64,000 nucleotides of DNA from Candidatus Eiseniibacteriota bacterium (GTDB taxonomy: Bacteria > Eisenbacteria > RBG-16-71-46): NCBI GenBank assembly GCA_963707915.1, contig OY970178.1:2240001-2304000 (forward strand). Reading direction: 5' to 3'. Below the pieces are notes generated by a model. It saw nothing but the letters and a program-made list of their open reading frames with translations, was not told where the DNA came from and made no database searches. Of this stretch, positions 45,939-56,970 are shown piece after piece. Made by a program: the position numbers and the translations under genes. Within the stretch, counting starts at the first letter, position 1. Each line of letters starts with the position of its first letter.

Positions 45939-46178
45939 TCACTTGTCGTCGAAGAAGGCGCGGTTCTTCTCGATGTAGTCCACCCACTTCTCGGGCACGC
46001 TGCTGTCCGGGAAGATGGCCTGCACCGGGCACGCGGCCTCGCACGCCTGGCAATCGATGCATTCGTCGGGATGGATGTAGAACTGGTCCTCGCCCTCGTA
46101 GATGCAGTTGACCGGGCAGACCTCGACGCAGGACTTGTCCTTCACGCCGATGCAGGGCTCCGCGATGACGAACGGCAT
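45939..46178 (-). CDS. Ferredoxin (7Fe/8Fe type)
   Basis: 'EPCIGVKDKSCVEVCPVNCI', 'CIDCQACEAACP'. Confidence 0.93.
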   Translation of the reverse strand: MPFVIAEPCIGVKDKSCVEVCPVNCIYEGEDQFYIHPDECIDCQACEAACPVQAIFPDSSVPEKWVDYIEKNRAFFDDK

Positions 46179-46451
46179 TCACTCCTCCGACCCGGCCCGG
46201 GAACCGCCCTCGGTGGGCGCTGCGGGACGGGGCTCGCGGCCGCGGCGGGTGGCGGGCGGCGCGCCGACGGCCCGCGACGCCCGGAAGACTCCCGGGAAAG
46301 TGGGCGGCAGTCTAGCCGCGCCATCCCCGGGCCGCAACCGGAGGGGCCCACCCGCATCTCAGAGAAGGCGTATGCTCGGGCCGTCCCGCACGGGCGGCCC
46401 GTGCGGCAAGCGCCCGCAGCACCGGCCGCGCCCCCACCCCAGAGAGGTTCC

Positions 46452-47633
46452 ATGAACGCCACGCCTCCCGACCTTTCGAGCCTGCGCATCCAGCGTGACG
46501 ATCCCGCCCGGGTCCCGGGCGGCGGACGCCGCCGCGGCTGGCTTGTCGCCGCGATCGTCGTCGTCGTGCTGGTGGCGGCCGGCTTCGCGCTGCGTTCCCG
46601 GCCCCCGCAGGTCCAGGCGGCGACCGTGGCGGTGAGCGGCGGCCCCGGCGCCGCCGGCGATGGCATCACCGCCAACGGCTACGTCGTCGCGCGCACCAAG
46701 GCCTCGGTCGCGGCCAAGCTCTCGGGCCAGCTCGAGTTCCTGGGCGTCAGCGAGGGCTCGCATCTGCGCCGCGGCGAGGTGCTCGCCCGCATCGAGAGCG
46801 GGGACCAGCAGGCCGCGCTGGCGCAGGCGCGGGCGGCGCAGGCGCAGGCGCAGGCGAGCCTGGAGCAGGGCCGGCGCGACCTCGAGCGCGCGCAGCGCCT
46901 CGCCACCGAGCAGGTGCTCTCCCCCGCGGACCTCGAGACCGCGCGGACGCACGTGGACGTACTCGACGCCCAGCTGGGCCAGGCCCGCGCGCAGGTGCAG
47001 CTCGCCGAGGTGAACCTCGAGAACACCCGCGTCCGCGCGCCCTTCGACGGCACCGTGCTGCGCAAGGACGCCGAGGTGGGCGAGATCGTGGCGCCCGCCT
47101 CCGCCGGGGGATCCCTCACGCGCACCTCCATCGTGACCATGGCGGACCTCGCCACGCTCGAGGTCGAGGTGGACGTGAACGAGGCCTACATCGCGCAGAT
47201 CCACAACGGCCACTCCGCGCAGATCACGCTGGACGCCTACCCCGACACGTCGTTCGCGGGACGCGTGCGGCAGGTGGTCCCCACCGCCGACCGCCAGAAG
47301 GCGACGGTGCTGGTCAAGGTCTCGATCCTCGACCGCGACCCGCGCATCCTGCCCGAGATGGGCGCCCGGGTGGTCTTCCGGCGCGAGCCGGACCGCGCGG
47401 GCACCGCGCCGCGCCGCGTGCTGGTGCCGGGAGACGCGGTCGTGCGCTCGGGCGCCGCGGCCGGCGTCTGGGTGATCGACGGCGACCGGGTGGCCATGCG
47501 CACCGTGGTCCTCGGCGCCGCGCGCGGCGCCGACCTCGAGGTGCGCGACGGGCTCACCGGCGGGGAGCGCGTCGTGTTGCGCCCGCCCGCCCGGCTCCGA
47601 CCGGGTGCGCGCGTGCGCGTCCCGGCTTCCTAG
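46452..47633 (+). CDS. Efflux periplasmic adaptor subunit
   Basis: 'ANGYVVAR', 'VRAPFDG', 'EVDVNE', 'PTADRQKATV', 'LPEMG'. Confidence 0.9.
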   Translation: MNATPPDLSSLRIQRDDPARVPGGGRRRGWLVAAIVVVVLVAAGFALRSRPPQVQAATVAVSGGPGAAGDGITANGYVVARTKASVAAKLSGQLEFLGVSEGSHLRRGEVLARIESGDQQAALAQARAAQAQAQASLEQGRRDLERAQRLATEQVLSPADLETARTHVDVLDAQLGQARAQVQLAEVNLENTRVRAPFDGTVLRKDAEVGEIVAPASAGGSLTRTSIVTMADLATLEVEVDVNEAYIAQIHNGHSAQITLDAYPDTSFAGRVRQVVPTADRQKATVLVKVSILDRDPRILPEMGARVVFRREPDRAGTAPRRVLVPGDAVVRSGAAAGVWVIDGDRVAMRTVVLGAARGADLEVRDGLTGGERVVLRPPARLRPGARVRVPAS

Positions 47634-47641
47634 GAGCGCGC

Positions 47642-48313
<672 letters not shown>

Positions 48314-48316
48314 CCC

Positions 48317-49603
48317 ATGCCACGTTCCCTGCTCCCGCTCGCCGTCCTGGCCCTGGTGCCGCTCCTGCTGTGGGGCGTGGCGAAGCTCTCGGACCGCCTG
48401 CAGCGCCGGCTGACGCTCTCGCCCGTCCTGCTGGTCTTCGTCAACCTGAGCCGCAACAAGCTGCGCACGCTGCTCACGACGCTGAGCGTGGCGGTGGCGC
48501 TGTTCCTGTTCAGCGCCCTGGGCGGCGTGCTCGACACGATCTCCGACTCCATCCGGATCGGCAGCGAGACGCGGATCATCACGCGCAACGCCATCGCGCT
48601 GGTCTTCCCCCTGCCGCTCTCCTACCTCGAGCGCCTGCGCACGGTGCCCGGCGTGCGGGCGGTGAGCTGGTCGAACTGGTTCGGCGGGCGCGACCCGGTG
48701 AACCGGCGCAACTTCTTCCCGCGGTTCGCCGTGGATGCCGGCACGTTCTTCCCCATGTACGCGAACGACCTCGACATCGTGCAGGCCTCCCCCGCGTCCG
48801 GCAGCGCGCCGCCCGGCGTCGATCCCAAGCTCGCGTCGTTCCTCGAGGAGCGGACCGCCTGCGTGGTGGGCGAGGACCTGCTCCGGAAGCAGGGCTGGAA
48901 GCTGGGCCAGACCATCCGGCTCGACGGCACGATCTACCCGGGCTCGTGGGAGTTCACCATCCGCGCGGTCTACCGCCCGAAGTCCAAGTCGTTCTACGGC
49001 GAGTCCATGTACTTCGACTGGAAGTACCTCTACGAGAACAGCGGGCGGCAGGCGGGCGTCGGCGTCTACTACCTGAGCCTCGACGACCCCGGGCGCGCGG
49101 CGGACGTCGCCCGGCAGGTGGACGCGATGTTCGAGAACTCCTCGGCCGCCACCCACACCGAGAGCGAGCAGGCGTTCCAGGCCGGCTTCGTCTCCTACTA
49201 CGGCAACCTGCCCTTCGTGCTCCGCGTCATCGGGCTGGCGGTGGTCTTCGCCATCCTGCTGGTGGCGGCGAACACGATGGCCATGGCGGTCCGCGAGCGC
49301 ACCGCCGAGGTGGCGGTGCTCAAGACCCTGGGCTTCGGCGACGGCACGATCTTCCGCATCGTGCTGGCCGAGGGCGCGCTGATCACGCTGGGCGGCGGCC
49401 TGCTCGGGGCGCTGCTCGCGAAGCTGCTCATCGACACCTCGGGCTTCAACGCGGGAGGGCTGCTGCCGCCGATGCGCGTGCACTGGGCCACGGTGATGAC
49501 CGCCGTCGCCGCGGCCGCGCTCGTCGGCGCGGCGAGCGGGCTGCTCCCCGCCTGGCAGGCCTCGCGCATGCGCATCGTCGACGCCCTGCGGCGGGTGGAG
49601 TGA
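48317..49603 (+). CDS. MacB/FtsX-like ABC permease
   Basis: 'RNKLRTLLT', 'NWFGG', '[15 protein letters not shown]'. Confidence 0.9.
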   Translation: MPRSLLPLAVLALVPLLLWGVAKLSDRLQRRLTLSPVLLVFVNLSRNKLRTLLTTLSVAVALFLFSALGGVLDTISDSIRIGSETRIITRNAIALVFPLPLSYLERLRTVPGVRAVSWSNWFGGRDPVNRRNFFPRFAVDAGTFFPMYANDLDIVQASPASGSAPPGVDPKLASFLEERTACVVGEDLLRKQGWKLGQTIRLDGTIYPGSWEFTIRAVYRPKSKSFYGESMYFDWKYLYENSGRQAGVGVYYLSLDDPGRAADVARQVDAMFENSSAATHTESEQAFQAGFVSYYGNLPFVLRVIGLAVVFAILLVAANTMAMAVRERTAEVAVLKTLGFGDGTIFRIVLAEGALITLGGGLLGALLAKLLIDTSGFNAGGLLPPMRVHWATVMTAVAAAALVGAASGLLPAWQASRMRIVDALRRVE

Positions 49604-49605
49604 CC

Positions 49606-50772
49606 ATGGCGCTGCCGCTCTCCTATCACCTGCGCAACGTGTCGCAGCGCCCGGTCTCCACGCTCACCACCGCGATCGGGGTCGGCCTCACGATCGCCAT
49701 CTTCATCGGCGCCCTGTCGCTCGCCGCCGGGTTCCGCGCGGCGCTCGTGCGGACCGGCTCGCCCGACAACCTCGTCGTGCTGCGCAAGGGCGCCGACACC
49801 GAGATCGCCAGCGGCATCTCGCGAGAGACCGCCGCCATCCTGCACGCCTACGGCGAGGTCGCCGCCGACGCGCAGTCGCGGCCGCTGGTGAGCCCCGAGG
49901 TCGTGGTGGTCAACAACCGGCGTCGTCTCGGGCAGCCCGGCAACTCGAACCTCACGGTGCGCGGCATCGACCGCGAGGCCCGGGTCCTGCGACCCGGCGT
50001 GCGGATCGTCGCGGGCCGCTGGTTCGCGCCCGGCGCCGCCGAGATCGTCGTCGGCCGCCGCATCGCGACCCGCTTCGAGGGCTGCCAGCTCGGCGACCGC
50101 GTCCGCTTCGGACAGCGCGACTTCACCGTGGTCGGCCGGTTCAGCGCGAACGGCGCCGCCTTCGAGTCGGAGATCTGGGGCGACAACGAGGTGCTGATGC
50201 CCGTGTTCCGCGGCGGGGTCTTCCAGAGCGTGACCTTCCGCATGCGGGACCCCGCGCGTTTCGACGCCATCCGGCGCGAGCTGGAGGGCGACCCGCGCCT
50301 CGGCGTCGACGTTCAGCGCGAGAGCGACTTCTACGCGAAGCAGTCCGAGACCCTGGTGAACCTGATCCGCGTCCTGGGCGGGTTCATCACGGTCATCATG
50401 GCGGTCGGCGCGATCTTCGGCGCCATGAACACCATGTTCGCCGCGGTCGGCGCGCGCACGCGCGAGATCGCCACGCTGCTGGTGCTGGGCTTCAGCCCGC
50501 TATCGATCCTCGTCTCGTTCATGATCGAGTCGGTGATCCTCTCGCTGTTCGGCGGCGTGATCGGCTGCCTCATGGCGCTGCCCCTGAACCGCATCGTGAC
50601 CAGCACCACGAACTTCTCGTCCTTCAGCGAGCTGGCCTTCGGCTTCCGCGTCACCCCCGGCATCCTCCTCACCGGGCTCGCCGCGGCCGTGGTGATGGGC
50701 CTGGTGGGCGGCTTCCTGCCCGCGCTCAAGGCCTCCCGCCAGCCGCTCGCCGCCGCGCTGCGCGGCGGCTGA
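49606..50772 (+). CDS. MacB/FtsX-like ABC permease
   Basis: 'FESEIW', 'GAMNTM', 'RTREIATL..LGF'. Confidence 0.9.
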   Translation: MALPLSYHLRNVSQRPVSTLTTAIGVGLTIAIFIGALSLAAGFRAALVRTGSPDNLVVLRKGADTEIASGISRETAAILHAYGEVAADAQSRPLVSPEVVVVNNRRRLGQPGNSNLTVRGIDREARVLRPGVRIVAGRWFAPGAAEIVVGRRIATRFEGCQLGDRVRFGQRDFTVVGRFSANGAAFESEIWGDNEVLMPVFRGGVFQSVTFRMRDPARFDAIRRELEGDPRLGVDVQRESDFYAKQSETLVNLIRVLGGFITVIMAVGAIFGAMNTMFAAVGARTREIATLLVLGFSPLSILVSFMIESVILSLFGGVIGCLMALPLNRIVTSTTNFSSFSELAFGFRVTPGILLTGLAAAVVMGLVGGFLPALKASRQPLAAALRGG

Positions 50773-50877
50773 GCCCGGCCCCCGCGCCCGGACCCGCATC
50801 CTCCGCGCCCGGCGGGCCATCCCTGCGTGCGGGATCGGCGGCCCGCGGGCCCCCTCCGGCTGCGGCAGAATGGCGGC

Positions 50878-51480
50878 ATGGCGACCGACATCGCGGCGAT
50901 CCTGCGGGACCTCGAATCCTGCTACGACTTCACCGGCAAGACCGTGATCCACGTGGGCGCCGGCGGCGGCCAGTTCATCGGCTACGCCGGCAAGGCCGCC
51001 GGGGTGCTCGGAGTGGATCCCGATGCCGCGGCGGTCGAGCGCCTGCACTCGGCCATCCGGGAGCGCGGTCTCGAGAGCCGCTTCCGCGTGCGGCAGGGGG
51101 ACATCCTCTCGGTGAAGACCCGCGCGGACGTCGCGTTCTTCGAGTTCTGCCTCCACGAGATCGTGGACCCGCTCACCGCCCTGCGCCACGCCCGGAGCCT
51201 GGCCCCCGAGGTGTTCGTCGCGGACCACGCCCCGGGTTCGTCGTGGGCGTGGCACATGTGCGAGACGGAGAAGGTCCTGCGCGGCTGGACCGCGGTCGAG
51301 CGCTTCCCCCGCGTCCTCGAACGCACGTTCCCCGGCACGCAGCGCTTCCACGACCACGCGGAACTGCTCGCCAAGCTCCAGTCGCTCGGCGATTGCGTGG
51401 TCCGGCGCGTGCGGGAGTTCGAGGAGCAGCGGGACTTCACGATCGACATGCCGTACCGCGTGGCGGTACTGGCGAGGTGA
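50878..51480 (+). CDS. Class I SAM-dependent methyltransferase-like protein
   Basis: Motif I 'VIHVGAGGG', 'GVD', 'GD', 'CLHE'. Confidence 0.7.
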   Translation: MATDIAAILRDLESCYDFTGKTVIHVGAGGGQFIGYAGKAAGVLGVDPDAAAVERLHSAIRERGLESRFRVRQGDILSVKTRADVAFFEFCLHEIVDPLTALRHARSLAPEVFVADHAPGSSWAWHMCETEKVLRGWTAVERFPRVLERTFPGTQRFHDHAELLAKLQSLGDCVVRRVREFEEQRDFTIDMPYRVAVLAR

Positions 51481-51585
51481 GCGTCCCGCTGCGCCGCAGC
51501 GACCGCATCCGCGTTCCCGCTTGCGGTCCGCGAGCGCTCCAAGCTAGGTTCGAACCTGGTCGCGTTCCCCACCCCGAGGTGCCCC

Positions 51586-53706
51586 ATGCCGGCTCCAGAC
51601 CGTCGCGCCCTTCCCGCTGCCGCACTGGCGGCGCTGCTCTCCCTCGGCGCCGGGCTCGCAGCGCAGCCCGCCGCCGGCGCCGCGCCCGGCGCGGAGCGTC
51701 CACCCTGGATGGCGTCCTCGGTCCAGGCCCTGGGGCGGTCGTTGGCGGCCCGGCACGGCGAGGCCGAGCGCGGCCGCATCGACGGCGGCCTGGCGCAGGT
51801 GGCCGACCGCTGGCGTGCCGGCGACGGCAGCGCCGCGGACTTCGCCGCATTCGTCGAGACCCACTACGCGCCCGCGGGACCGCAGTTGGACGCGCTGTTC
51901 GCGCGCCTCGAGGGCAATCTCGAAAGCCTCGACGGCCACCTGAATGAGATCGAGCGCGACTGGCGCAGCCAGTCCGAGCTGGACCTCGGGCCGGCCTACC
52001 CGTTCGACGAGTTGATGGCGGGCTACGCGCCGGGCGCGCACTTCCTCGACGACAGCTTCCGCAACAAGCTGGCCTTCGTCGTGCTCCTCAACTTCCCGCT
52101 CAGCACGCTCGAGCAGCGGCAGGCCACGGGTGCGACCTGGACCCGGCGGCAGTGGGCCGAAGCGAGGCTCGCCGACCGCTTCGCCCGGCGGGTCCCGGCC
52201 GAGGTGAACCAGGCCTTCGCCGAAGCCAGCGCCGAGGCCGAGACCTACATCGCGGGCTACAACCTGTGGGTCCACCATCTGCTCGACGCCAAGGGCCAGC
52301 GTCCGTTCGCCGCTGGCAAGCGCCTCCTCAGCCACTGGAACCTGCGCGACGAGCTCAAGGCCCACTACGCGCGCGGCGCGGCGGGTCTCGACGCGCAGCG
52401 GACCATGGCCCGGGCGATGGAGCGCATCGTCGACCAGACCATCCCCGCCTGCGTCATCGACGACCCGTTCGTCGACTGGAACCCCTTCACCAACGAGGTC
52501 CGGCCCGCGACCGTGAAGGACAGCGACCGCCCCGCCCCCGTGGACCTGAAGATCACGAACGCGCCCGAACCGGACCGCCGCTACGCCGTGCTGCTGAAAT
52601 GCTTCCAGGCGGTGAAGCTCCAGGATCCCTACAGCCCGCGCACCCCCACCCACATCGCCCGCAGCTTCGAGGAGGGCCGCCAGCTCCCCGAGGCCCGCGT
52701 GAAGGAGATGCTCGAGGACGTCTGCGGCAGCCCACAGGTGAGGGAGGTGGCGAAGGTCATCGAGCGGCGCCTCGGTCGCAGGCTCGAGCCATTCGACATC
52801 TGGTACAACGGCCTGCGCCCCGCGAGCAGCGTGAGCGAGGCGGAGCTGGACGCCATCACCCGCGAGCGCTACCCCACGCCCGCGGCCTTCGACCGGGACC
52901 TGCCCAACATCCTCGGTTCGCTCGGCTTCAGCGCGGAGCGCGCCGCCTTCCTCGCCTCCAAGATCGACGTGGACCCCGCGCGCGGCTCCGGCCACGCCGC
53001 CGGCGCGTCCCGCCGCGCCGACAATGCCCGGCTGCGCACCCGCGTGGGCAGGGACGGCATGGACTACAAGGGTTTCAACATCGCCGTCCACGAACTGGGC
53101 CACAACGTCGAGCAGGTCTTCGGCCTCGACCTGGTGGACCACACGCTGCTGCAGGGCGTGCCCAACACCGCGTTCACCGAGGCGATGGCCTACACCTTTC
53201 AGAACCGCGACCTCGAGATCCTCGGCGTGCCGCGCAGGGCCGAGGACGCGCAGGCCCGGGCCCTGAAGACGCTGGGCGAGTTCTGGCAGACCTACGAGAT
53301 CTCGGGCGTGTCGCTGGTGGACATGGCGATCTGGCAGTGGATGTACGACCACCCCGACGCGACGCCGGCCGAGCTGAAGGCGGCGACCCTGCGGATCGCG
53401 AAGGACGTGTGGAATGCCTACTTCGCCCCGGTCTTCGGTCGGAAGGACTGCACGCTGCTGGCGGTCTACAGCCACATCGTCCACTCGTTCCTGTACGTCC
53501 CCGACTACGCCGTCGGACACCTGATCGGCGTGCAGGTGGAGACCCAGATCGCGAAGAGCGGCGACGTGGCCGGGGAGGTCGAGCGCATGTGCCGCATCGG
53601 CAACGTCGCCCCCGACCTGTGGATGATGCAGGCCACCGGCAGCCCGGTCGGCCCCGAGTCCCTGCTGGCGGCCACCGCCGCGGCACTGAAGCAGGTCGGC
53701 AGGTAG
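51586..53706 (+). CDS. Secreted zincin (M3/M32-like) metallopeptidase candidate
   Basis: Signal peptide, 'HELGH' with a downstream third ligand in 'AFTEAMA', 'YAVGHL'. Confidence 0.65.
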   Translation: MPAPDRRALPAAALAALLSLGAGLAAQPAAGAAPGAERPPWMASSVQALGRSLAARHGEAERGRIDGGLAQVADRWRAGDGSAADFAAFVETHYAPAGPQLDALFARLEGNLESLDGHLNEIERDWRSQSELDLGPAYPFDELMAGYAPGAHFLDDSFRNKLAFVVLLNFPLSTLEQRQATGATWTRRQWAEARLADRFARRVPAEVNQAFAEASAEAETYIAGYNLWVHHLLDAKGQRPFAAGKRLLSHWNLRDELKAHYARGAAGLDAQRTMARAMERIVDQTIPACVIDDPFVDWNPFTNEVRPATVKDSDRPAPVDLKITNAPEPDRRYAVLLKCFQAVKLQDPYSPRTPTHIARSFEEGRQLPEARVKEMLEDVCGSPQVREVAKVIERRLGRRLEPFDIWYNGLRPASSVSEAELDAITRERYPTPAAFDRDLPNILGSLGFSAERAAFLASKIDVDPARGSGHAAGASRRADNARLRTRVGRDGMDYKGFNIAVHELGHNVEQVFGLDLVDHTLLQGVPNTAFTEAMAYTFQNRDLEILGVPRRAEDAQARALKTLGEFWQTYEISGVSLVDMAIWQWMYDHPDATPAELKAATLRIAKDVWNAYFAPVFGRKDCTLLAVYSHIVHSFLYVPDYAVGHLIGVQVETQIAKSGDVAGEVERMCRIGNVAPDLWMMQATGSPVGPESLLAATAAALKQVGR

Positions 53707-53737
53707 CCACGTCCTTCATCGCAACGGAGGCCCTCCC

Positions 53738-54058
53738 ATGGCGGACGAGTTCGCGTACCGGATCCGGCCGGTCCGCCCCGGCATGCTCACCGGGGGCCCG
53801 ACCGACGCCGAGGCCGCGGCGATCGAGCGGCACTTCGCCTACCTGGAGCAGGCCATGGCGGCGGGCACCCTGCTGATGGCGGGACGGACGCTGACCACGG
53901 ACGAGGGCAGCTTCGGCATCGTGGTCTTCCGCGCCGGGTCACCGGAGGCGGCACGTCGCTTCGCCGAAGCCGACCCCGCCGTGCAGGAGGGCGTGATGCG
54001 GGCGGAGGTGTTCCCGTTCCGCGTGGCACTGCTGGCCGAGCGGTGGGAGCGCGGGTGA
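53738..54058 (+). CDS. YciI family protein
   Basis: 'HFAYL...AGRT...DPAV...FPFRVA'. Confidence 0.8.
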   Translation: MADEFAYRIRPVRPGMLTGGPTDAEAAAIERHFAYLEQAMAAGTLLMAGRTLTTDEGSFGIVVFRAGSPEAARRFAEADPAVQEGVMRAEVFPFRVALLAERWERG

Positions 54059-54083
54059 GCCCCGCCGGAGACCCGGGTCCCGC

Positions 54084-54698
54084 GTGATCACCTACCTCGC
54101 CATCGGGATGACCTACGCCTTCGCGTCGGCCGTGCAGCCCGGGCCGCTGCAGGCCTACATCATCTCGCAGACCATCCGCCACGGCTGGCGCCGCGCGCTG
54201 CCCGCGGCGTTCTCGCCACTGCTCAGCGACGGCCCGATCATCGTGCTGATGCTGGTGGTGCTGAGCCGCCTGCCGGCGTGGCTGATCCCGGCCGTGCGGC
54301 TCGCCGGCGGCGCGCTGCTGCTGCTGTTCGCCTTCCTCGCGGCACGGTCATGGTGGCGCTACGACCCCGCCGCGGCCACGACCGCGACCGCCCGGCCGCG
54401 CAGCCTGCTGGGAGCGACCGCGGTGAACCTGATGAGCCCGGGCCCGTACCTGGGCTGGAGCCTGGTGATGGGCCCGCTGCTGCTCAAGGGCTGGCGCGAG
54501 GCCCCGGCCAACGGCATCGCGCTGCTGGTCGGCTTCTACGGCGTGCTGGTCGCGAGCATGGCCGTCATCATCATGCTCGCCGGAACCGCCCGCGGCCTGG
54601 GCCCGCGCGCGAACCGCGCCCTGATCGGCCTCTCGGCGGTGGCGCTCGCCGGACTGGGCGCGTGGCAACTGTGGGCCTGGGCGGCGGGGCGACAGTAG
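54084..54698 (+). CDS. LysE family translocator
   Basis: 'QPGP', 'SD', 'NLMSP', six hydrophobic segments. Confidence 0.82.
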   Translation: MITYLAIGMTYAFASAVQPGPLQAYIISQTIRHGWRRALPAAFSPLLSDGPIIVLMLVVLSRLPAWLIPAVRLAGGALLLLFAFLAARSWWRYDPAAATTATARPRSLLGATAVNLMSPGPYLGWSLVMGPLLLKGWREAPANGIALLVGFYGVLVASMAVIIMLAGTARGLGPRANRALIGLSAVALAGLGAWQLWAWAAGRQ

Positions 54699-54732
54699 CC
54701 CGCGACCACGTCCATGGCCCGCGGGAGACGGC

Positions 54733-54981
54733 CTATCCCTCCCGGTCGCCGCCGCGCAGGTGGCCGAAGCCGGAGTCCTCGCCCAGCAACTGGTCGTCCA
54801 GCCAGCGGTCGATGATGCTCCGCCGGAAGCGCCACTCCTTGCCCAGCTTCACCGCGGGGATGCGCTTCTCCTGCGCCCACTTGTAGATGGTCTGCGGCTT
54901 CAGGCGCAGGTAGCGGGCGACCTCCTCGAGCGTGAGGATCTCGTGCTCCGCGCCCGCGGGGTCCGCCGGCGGACCGCTCAC
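54733..54981 (-). CDS. HTH_17 (excisionase-like) DNA-binding protein
   Basis: 'LTLEEVARYLRL...TIYKW...IPAVKLGKEWRF'. Confidence 0.85.
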   Translation of the reverse strand: MSGPPADPAGAEHEILTLEEVARYLRLKPQTIYKWAQEKRIPAVKLGKEWRFRRSIIDRWLDDQLLGEDSGFGHLRGGDREG

Positions 54982-55805
54982 GGCCGGCCGCCCGGGATGC
55001 TGTCGAAGACCGGCGGGACCACCAGGCGGTAGCCCCGCGGTGCCTCGACCGGCCGGGGCGGGACGGCCACGCCGGCCCTTCCCTTGTCCTCTCCCTGCGA
55101 GAGCTTCTGCAGCGAGTAGACCACCGCCGTGTAGAAGTTGCCCTCGTAGCGCCGGAACACCTGGAACGGTTCACCGCGGTCCCCGACGAAGGGACGCAGG
55201 TTCCACGCCATCTGCACCCCCACGAAGGCGAACAGCACGGCCCACACCTGCATGATCGTCATCGCGTGCCGCGGGTAGACGCCGCGCTTCTCGCAGGCGT
55301 AGGCCAGGCCCTCGTGCAGCGCGAACATGCCGACCAGGCCCGCCCCGAGCACGATCACGACGTGCAGCAGCTCGAGGAAGTAGTAGTTCGCGGCGGTCAG
55401 CAGGAAGAAGAGGACGATCGGAACGACGGCGGCCAGCACGATGGCGCAGAGCGCCAGGGCGCCGGCGATGAGCGCGAGCACCTGCGCCAGTCGCAGGCGC
55501 GAGCCGACGAGGACCTGGACCACGAAGAACCCGGGGAAGCAGATCGCCAGCGTGCCGAGGAACAGCAGGGGAAGCTTGATGGCGGAGGAGAGCACCTGGA
55601 GCGGGCCGGCGTAGGCACCGGCCGCCGCCCCGTAGAATGCGCCGAGGAGGACGAGCGTCCAGAGCGAACGGACGATCTTGCCGCCCAGGTCCCGGCCATC
55701 GGCGACGTCGGCGAAGAACCGCTCGCGGTCGCTCAGGAGCTGGGAGAGGAACGACGCGTACCCGGACGCTGTGGGATGGGCGGGAATCGCTGAAGAATCG
55801 TTCAT
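54978..55805 (-). CDS. Conserved multi-TM hypothetical membrane protein
   Basis: 'SAIKLPLLFL...ICFP', 'FVGVQMAWNLRPFVG...GNFY'; coupled to the HTH gene. Confidence 0.7.
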   Translation of the reverse strand: MNDSSAIPAHPTASGYASFLSQLLSDRERFFADVADGRDLGGKIVRSLWTLVLLGAFYGAAAGAYAGPLQVLSSAIKLPLLFLGTLAICFPGFFVVQVLVGSRLRLAQVLALIAGALALCAIVLAAVVPIVLFFLLTAANYYFLELLHVVIVLGAGLVGMFALHEGLAYACEKRGVYPRHAMTIMQVWAVLFAFVGVQMAWNLRPFVGDRGEPFQVFRRYEGNFYTAVVYSLQKLSQGEDKGRAGVAVPPRPVEAPRGYRLVVPPVFDSIPGGRP

Positions 55806-56009
55806 GTCGCGGCCTCCTTTGTGACATGATTATCCCACGCCAGAGACGTTTTGCAACTGTTTTCTGCTGTTTTCTACGACAACCCACGTCGATGTCCGGC
55901 CGACCGCCCACCGGCGACCGGCCGCCACCTCCACGAGCCGCTTCCAGCAGCGAGTTGCACGGCTTGCTAGTATTCCGCGATCCAGTCACCCCCAACCCGG
56001 AGTCGGCAC

Positions 56010-56957
56010 GTGTCCAAGGTCCACGACGTCGTCATCATCGGTGCGGGCCCGGCCGGCTACACGGCCGCCATCTACGCCGCGCGCGCCAGCCTCCAGCCGC
56101 TCATGATCGTCGGCCCCCAGCCCGGCGGACAGCTCACCATCACCACCGAGGTCGAGAACTACCCGGGCTTCCCCGAGGGCATCCAGGGGCCGGAGCTGAT
56201 GCAGAAGTTCCGCGAGCAGGCGGAGCGCTTCGGCACCGGGATCGTCGAGGCCACGGTCGAGAGCGTGGACTTCTCGAAGCCGCCCTTCATCATCCGCACC
56301 GACCAGGGCGAGCACCTGGCGAAGACGGTCATCGTCGCGACCGGGGCCTCGGCGCGTCTGCTGGGGATCCCGAGCGAGCAGGAGTTCTTCGGCTTCGGCG
56401 TCTCCGCCTGCGCCACCTGCGACGGCTTCTTCTTCAAGGGCAAGCGCGTGATGGTCGTGGGCGGCGGCGACACCGCGCTCGAGGAGGCCAACTTCCTCGC
56501 ACGCTTCTGCGCCGAGGTGACCGTGGTGCATCGCCGCGACCAGATGCGCGCGTCGAAGATCATGCAGGAGCGCTCGCAGCAGAACCCGAAGATCCGCTTC
56601 ATCCTGAACGCGACGGTGGAGGAGGTGCTCGGCGAGACGGCCCCCCGGCACGTGGTGAAGGCCGTGAAGCTGCGCGACACGAAGACGGGCGCGCTCAGCG
56701 AGCATGCGATCGACGGCATCTTCGTGGCCATCGGGCACCAGCCCAACACCGCCTTCCTCAAGGGCCAGCTGCCACTCGACGCGAAGGACTACGTGGTCGT
56801 CGAGCCGGGCAGCACGCGCACCGGCGTCGCGGGCGTGTTCGCGGCCGGCGACGTCGCCGACTCCGTCTACCGCCAGGCGGTGTCCGCGGCGGGCAGCGGC
56901 TGCCAGGCGGCGATCGATGCCGAACGCTGGCTCGAAGCGCAGGGACACGGCCGCTAG
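56010..56957 (+). CDS. trxB: Thioredoxin-disulfide reductase
   Basis: 'GAGPAG', 'GGQL', 'ENYPGF', CATC, 'GGGD', 'FAAGD'. Confidence 0.97.
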   Translation: MSKVHDVVIIGAGPAGYTAAIYAARASLQPLMIVGPQPGGQLTITTEVENYPGFPEGIQGPELMQKFREQAERFGTGIVEATVESVDFSKPPFIIRTDQGEHLAKTVIVATGASARLLGIPSEQEFFGFGVSACATCDGFFFKGKRVMVVGGGDTALEEANFLARFCAEVTVVHRRDQMRASKIMQERSQQNPKIRFILNATVEEVLGETAPRHVVKAVKLRDTKTGALSEHAIDGIFVAIGHQPNTAFLKGQLPLDAKDYVVVEPGSTRTGVAGVFAAGDVADSVYRQAVSAAGSGCQAAIDAERWLEAQGHGR

Positions 56958-56970
56958 CCTGGGGAGCGAC

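Noticed and set aside
51540..51565. GGTTCGAACC resembling a tRNA T-loop
   Set aside because: No cloverleaf can be built; it is only a short palindrome
54733..54981. Excisionase-like HTH as evidence of a prophage or ICE
   Set aside because: No integrase, att site or phage genes nearby; HTH_17 domains are common in ordinary regulators
55955..55969. TTGCAC-GGC-TTGC as a sigma54 promoter or second SOS box upstream of trxB
   Set aside because: Lacks the GG and correct spacing for sigma54, and lacks the GTGCA half-site
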